DNA of 63,012 nucleotides, the filler included, from Perkinsus chesapeaki ATCC PRA-425 (lineage: Eukaryota > Protista > Perkinsozoa): NCBI GenBank assembly GCA_013115145.1. It is 3 parts of 3 records of this genome, joined end to end, with 100 filler letters (N's around TTAATTAATTAA, not from the genome) between each part and the next. Parts side by side here need not be neighbours in the genome. Positions count along the whole stretch, not along the records: positions 29,770 to 61,273 come from JAAPAO010000419.1; positions 61,374 to 63,012 come from JAAPAO010001849.1; 1 more part is not named here. One strand, written 5' to 3'. The position numbers and the translations under genes are program-made. This document shows positions 57,529-63,012 of the stretch, one piece after another. Within the stretch, counting starts at the first letter, position 1, and each line of letters begins with the position of its first letter. The notes under the pieces are model-generated. The model did no database searches and was not told where the DNA came from. It saw nothing but the letters and a program-made list of their open reading frames with translations.

Positions 57529-59768
57529 TTATACAGCGGCACCTGCTCCAGCGGCCTCCTCCTCATCAAGCAGTGGGCTGCGAGCTGATTTCAACCTGAA
57601 AAATAAAACGTCTTATACTTTATTGCGGATAACAATCAATTTACATGTCCTCCTTTTCGCGTCTGTCCAAAGCCTCCTGAGCACACTTATTGAAGTCACA
57701 TCGGTAAAGGATCAAACCGTAACTGAAGGGCAGTGATGAACACTGTGAGCGATATGACTTACGCAGTGCAAGTGACGGCCATACCGATAACAGATGCCCA
57801 CCAGATACCAGCAACTCCCATGGCAGGGAGAGCACCCCAGCCAAAGGCAAATACGTAACTGAACGATAAAGATGAAAACAGTGACCTGAGGATCGGCTTA
57901 CCCAAGAGGAAGGCGAATCAGAAGCATGGCCAGCAGCTTGTATGTCGAGGCGCGACCCTAAGGAGTGAGTGAGAAGTAGATGGAGATGCGGTGACCAACC
58001 TGGAGTGCGCAGCCACGGAGGACGCCCTCCTGGCAGGCTTGCATGGCATCGAAGATACAGAAGACGGAGACAGCCAAAAGAGCAGGGCAAAGGATGTTGA
58101 GAACCTGCTTCGACATAAGATTCTTCTCAACCGTTGATGCATAAGCTCACCGCAGGGTCTCTAGTGTAGAGGTATGCAACATAGTAACGGAATTTGCACA
58201 TAAGGAGGGCCACGCAAATAAAGCAGATCAAAGTGCCACGAACAATCTTCCGGTTGAAGAGATGGGCGGATTTAACATCACCGGCACCGAGGGAGTTACC
58301 TTACAAGCAGATAAGTGCAGGCAAAGCAGCGGACAAAACCTACCAACGAGAGCACTAGCACTCTGACTGATACCGCATGGTCCCATATAGATAATGGAGA
58401 CGATGTTGGAGGCTGCAACGTGAGCGGCGAGAGCCATGGGACCGACCCAACCGGCAAAGACGGACTAAATAGGAGGAATAGAAAGCTATCGGGTAACCCT
58501 AAATCTGCTGCCCACCTGAACCTCATAGGCCCACCATTCGCTCCACATCAACAAGGCAGATGGGATGGCTAATGCCACGAATTCCCAAAGGTTATGAAGA
58601 CTCTCAGGAGTCCAACCATGGGCATGGGTCTCGGGGTGGAGAACAGCCTGCCAGTCAGGAGTCTTCGTGGAAAGGAAGGGACGACAGACTCACCGCGTAG
58701 AGCTCCAACAGGATGAAACGGCCCCATTGAGTGCAGGTCATTGCAATACCAACACCGTAAGCACCGAAATGGAACCTGAAGTTGATAAATGCCTCACCGA
58801 GAGAAAACAACAAGACAGATAGTTCCAATTGTCAAGTTTTGAAGCACAACAACTGCCTAGCAGGCTCACCTCGCGTCATGCATAACTTTAACGCCACAGT
58901 ATGTCGGCGGTCAGACAGTTTGAGGCGCCTACTTACTTGAATAGGAAAAGCCAACAGAAGAGGGCATGTCCACAACCGGTGATGGCATTGACGTAAAGAG
59001 GTGCCTCGGGCAATCTGTGAGACCTAAGCTCATACCGACTTTTCCACAACAATTTCGCGAATATGGCTACCTCAGGAAACTGCACATAGCGTTGTACATG
59101 AAGAAGGGCCAGAGTCCCCAGTTCATACCGCGAACGTAGCTGACAGAACGCCGAATTGAAAATAGCGAGATTCCCATAGACCTACTCCGCGGCGAGCTTC
59201 GAGGTGAGGGGGTCCTGGTTCATCCATAGAAGGATGGGCTCAGTGTAGAACCTGAAAGGTTGGTTATTCTGTGGCGCAGCGGTCAGGAACTTACATGATG
59301 ATAAAGCAAGGAACGGAAGCGATGGTACCGACGATACGAGCTCGGTTGAAGTAGATGAGACCAAGACGAGGGTTACCGGCACCGACTGCCTGGCTGACAA
59401 GAGTATCGAGCACCTGAATAAGTCAGAGGGAATCGAACCTGGGTGTATAGAGATATAACAGAGTTTTAACTACTAAACCATATTGGCGGTACTTACAGAC
59501 ATAAGGCCAACACCAATACTAAATCCGAAGACGTTTTGAATGACGGAGCCAAGACCAATCGCACCAAGCATATTGGAGTCATTGGTGGCCGAAACAAAGA
59601 AGATAGTAATAACGAAGATAGAGTACCTGTGTGGTAGTACAATACTTCTATCAGTGATACGTACATGACTAGGAAACTGATCATGTTGGGAACGGCCAGC
59701 TGCATTATCTGTACAAAAGGCGATTTCTTGCTCGCCTTCTCGAGGCGACTTTCACCGTTGGAGGCCAT
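57529..59768 (-). CDS. MATE-family (SLC47-like) efflux transporter, many short introns
   Basis: Spliced QIMQLAVPNMISFLVMYSIFVITIFFV...LGAIGLGSVIQNVFGFSIGVGLMSVLDTLVSQAVGAGN, typical of MATE proteins; C-terminal RSPLLDEEE...AV*. Confidence 0.88.
59414..59496 (-). repeat. 83-nt MATE intron that is essentially a whole degenerate tRNA-like sequence
   Basis: gtaagtaccgccaata-TGGTTTAGTAGTTAAAA (A-box/D-arm-like)...ACCCAGGTTCGATTCCCT (B box)-ctgacttattcag; the exons join as GLMS/VLDT. Confidence 0.75.
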
Positions 59769-60961
59769 AAGAACAGATTCTCTGGTCTAATCTAGAAAAT
59801 AGTATCTTCAGCTTCACCGTGCAAGATGCGAAATAACTCGGAGCGTGACCCTTAGATTTATTTCCCAGATCCCTAACCGCCCATCATAGCGCTACTTATG
59901 TCGCTTATGTGAGAATCGCCTCTCAAATCAACTGCGACACTGCAAAGAACCACATCCTTTATATGAGGGTAAATTCTCAGTAGAAGGCAAGTAGGTCCGA
60001 GGAGGGCCAAACCCCCCACTACTGATTTATTCGGAGTACACAATAGAACACTACTGATATATACCAATGTGTCACTGATGGCCACTATTGATCCCCCAAT
60101 AGTGCTAAGTTCCTCCTTCTTCGGCTTTTCTCCCTTTTCAAAAGTGAAAATTTCGATAGATCGCGATGGCGCGCGCTTTCAACAAAAAAAGTTAACAGGC
60201 GTCGTTGCTCGCGTCACACCAAAAAGGCTTGTAGGAGGAGGGCTTACTTCGAGATGCGGTCATTCTTGCCACAGAGAATATAATGTAGAGCTTCTCTAAT
60301 ATCTAGTAAACGGCGGGAAGATAGGCAGCCTATCATAGACTATATTATAGCCTATCTTTTGGCCACCGATCATCCCAGTCGTTAGTAATGCTAACTGTCT
60401 CGCCCGTTATCGAATTCAATTCCCCGATCTTTGCAAGCGGCTTGGTTAGTGGGGGATATCGGCACTAACTGCCGGAGACGTGTACTGTGTGGAGCTCAAT
60501 CGTTCTACACTGGAACTTCCAGTCCGCTACTAACAACAATTCTGGCCCTGTAGAGTTGTGAAGGTTATTCCGTAGAGTACACTCCTGCTTCTCGTGAAGC
60601 GATGGCGTTACACCCTCTAACGACTACTCACAATCTAACAGTACGATTCCTACTACCAAGACTCAAACGCGACAACGCTCATAAACCCTTACGTCTCCTT
60701 ACAAGGACAGAGATGCTACAACGTGTGTAGACACCAAAATATCCAAAAGGATCTCTACGCGGTACAGCATAGTAATGCAAAGACAGCAGTACTTGGTACC
60801 GACTCGATGAAAAAGGCATTACTGCATTACAAAAAGGCATTACTGGTAAGCAGACTACATATCGGTAAATGATCGGATTATTAATGCATTATCTCGATGA
60901 TTGAAAAAAGCTGACGACATGAAAAAGATTCCAGCACCGAGCCTAGGACGCAAAGATTAAC

Positions 60962-61273
60962 TTATTGTTCATTTGTAGGGTCACAGGATGGTACTGATAA
61001 TGACGCGGTTTGCAAATAACCCCCAATAGAGGTAGTTCCAGAAACAAGAGAGCATTTCATGGAACTCGATAACTTGTAACCTTCAGCACATAATGGCTCA
61101 CAGACGCGATCAGAGATCGTGGTCAACTCAGTCTTTCCGGCACATCTCCAAGATAACCAATCCTCTTCTGTTAAATAGTCGTTATCATCCGCACTATACA
61201 CCTTGATTGCATCATCACCTGAAGCAGTTGTAGCCATACCGGCGGTTTCGAGCTCATCAAGTGAGAGGCGACC
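60962..61273 (-). CDS. Fragment of a Cys-rich (sushi/CCP-like) extracellular protein, open from the assembly gap
   Basis: WRCAGK...CEPLCAEGYKLSSSMKC; the reading frame continues up to the N run. Confidence 0.4.
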   Translation of the reverse strand, partial: GRLSLDELETAGMATTASGDDAIKVYSADDNDYLTEEDWLSWRCAGKTELTTISDRVCEPLCAEGYKLSSSMKCSLVSGTTSIGGYLQTASLSVPSCDPTNEQ

Positions 61274-61373
61274 NNNNNNNNNNNNNNNNNNNNNNNNNNN
61301 NNNNNNNNNNNNNNNNNTTAATTAATTAANNNNNNNNNNNNNNNNNNNNNNNNNNNNNNNNNNNNNNNNNNNN
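61274..61373. other. Assembly gap with TTAATTAATTAA linker (61318-61329)
   Basis: Same N-linker-N structure as 29670-29769. Confidence 0.97.
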
Positions 61374-63012
61374 CAAGTGATGGGCCTTAAGTGCAGCATA
61401 CACGGCCTGGAGCAAAATCTCTATTGGTGTGAAGGGATTCGGGTTTAATGTTTTCTGTTTAGATAATGAGAAAAGCTGAGATACGAGTATAGGCACATCT
61501 GCCTTCTAGCTGCGCCTTAGCGCTAGTATCTCCCACAGTTTCTCCTGTAATGCTCAAGTGAGCGGCTAGTGCTACTGGCATTTCCTAGTCCTTGGGAATG
61601 GGAGTTTTGTGACTCTGGTAATGGGCTCATTCTGTCAGTTGATGCTGGTGAGGGCTGTCCATCCAACCCTGCGTTGCTGGGTAACCCCACTTGGATTCAT
61701 ATCTCAGGCTTATAACTCGTGAGTCACAGGACACAGTCACTGTGTCACAGTGTGTTTACTATTGCGACATAGCTGGCTGGCTCTGCATTCTGGTTTTTGC
61801 ACCATCTGAGGGTAACTGTCGAGTCACTGTTAAGGCATCATTGAGCGAATGTGTCGAATGCATTAGGGCTCTATTCCTGATTACTTGGTACAAATTGTAA
61901 CTCACAATCGTACTTGAAATTGAAGTCTTCAATTGTGTATAAGAACCAATATCGCTCAATGATCCGTTTTACACATGCCGCATTGTTACATTTGGGGGCG
62001 GGAGACTCAAGTTATTCACTACGGGTTAGAGTTTCGCTGGGCAACGGTCCGTTGACAAGTTGAACGCAACGATGTGTTTGTAGGAAACTGGGATTCTCGT
62101 AGAACCGTGATACGCACCATCTCATCAAGTTGGAGTACTGAAACACACCAGCCCGTGTGTCATACGCGAGGCGGATAGCTTTCTTCTTATATGCACTAAA
62201 TGTCTTTTTCATTGAGGAAATACGGTATTCCGAATACCCCCAAAACCGGAATCAACCGGCGTAGGGGTGACAACGCGAGACGACGAGGACGATTTTGAAC
62301 GTATGTTGTCCTGTTAGCGACAGAGATGAGCAGACGACAGCTACCTCTCACACCAATGTGTGGAGACTAATGATGGGGTACTAACCTCTTACACGCATAA
62401 ACAAAGGGCGTGCGTACAGAACTGTGACAGCATAACTGTCACCTTTCTATTCATGCGGGCAATGACTGCCCAGACTATTGTGTCCTGGAGACTATATAAG
62501 AACATATGTTGACTTTGTTGAACCGAGTTGGATGAGCAGAGTGAGAAAGGCTGCCGACTCTGAATATTTGGGGACACATTAGCGCGAGTGGACTGAATAG
62601 TCGTCACGCCCACAGTAGATTGGTGCACTGAGGGGAAGAGCAATTCGTAAAAATGACCGGCTAGGAAACGCTACATTCCTCCGATTTCGTTACAAACGAA
62701 CTCCTTCAGATAGGGCCAATAGTTTACGCCTTGCTGGCCGACGTTCACCGTAGGATATCCAATAAACGGTGGGATCATGGCCAAAGTATCTACACAGTGA
62801 TTATTTCCTAACGACGCGTAGCTCGAGGAGCCTTCTCGGAGAGAGGGAGCTATCTTTGAACTCCGGTGGCAGCACCATGGGACGCGATGCGTTGAACAAG
62901 CACTGTCTACCTTGAATAGCTTTCTCCTGAAGCCACGATGCAGCTTCGCCAGCAGCACATCTTTCAACTTCACACGAATTCATCCCATTAGACCTTATAC
63001 CTCACAAAGGTG

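Noticed and set aside
61374-63012. Short minus-strand ORF fragments after the second gap
   Set aside because: Could be exons of a gene, but I could not build an in-phase chain or recognise a family.

Overview
Eukaryotic nuclear scaffold with two N-gaps carrying the TTAATTAATTAA assembly linker. It is almost certainly an alveolate and most likely Perkinsus. That is an inference from the many ~42-50 nt GT-AG introns, tandem intronless pepsin-like proteases, a RAP-like helical-repeat gene and the overall gene set. Most genes are spliced, so the ORF track shows only fragments; the exon chains below were assembled by hand. Host genes: two tandem pyrimidine 5'-nucleotidase (NT5C3-like) copies, a RAP/helical-repeat protein, ITFG1/LINKIN, two A1 aspartyl proteases (one frameshifted), ECM29, prolidase (cut by a gap), an SPX-SLC13/RCK_C transporter, an ERD2-like receptor, a JmjC+EF-hand protein ending in SDEL, RPLP2, a phytase-like type I membrane protein, a TM-RING-H2 ligase, a MATE transporter and several orphans. 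Mobile DNA: a nested pile of LTR-retroelement and foldback fragments (1.1-4.3 kb) and an apparently intact tyrosine-recombinase (DIRS-order) retrotransposon with split direct repeats (29.8-34.6 kb). Most striking observation: degenerate tRNA-like sequences (A-box/T-arm/B-box) sit in introns of at least six unrelated genes. Every intronic copy found is co-oriented with its host gene, and in four cases the element makes up nearly the whole 49-83 nt intron, which suggests a tRNA-derived intron-generating element.
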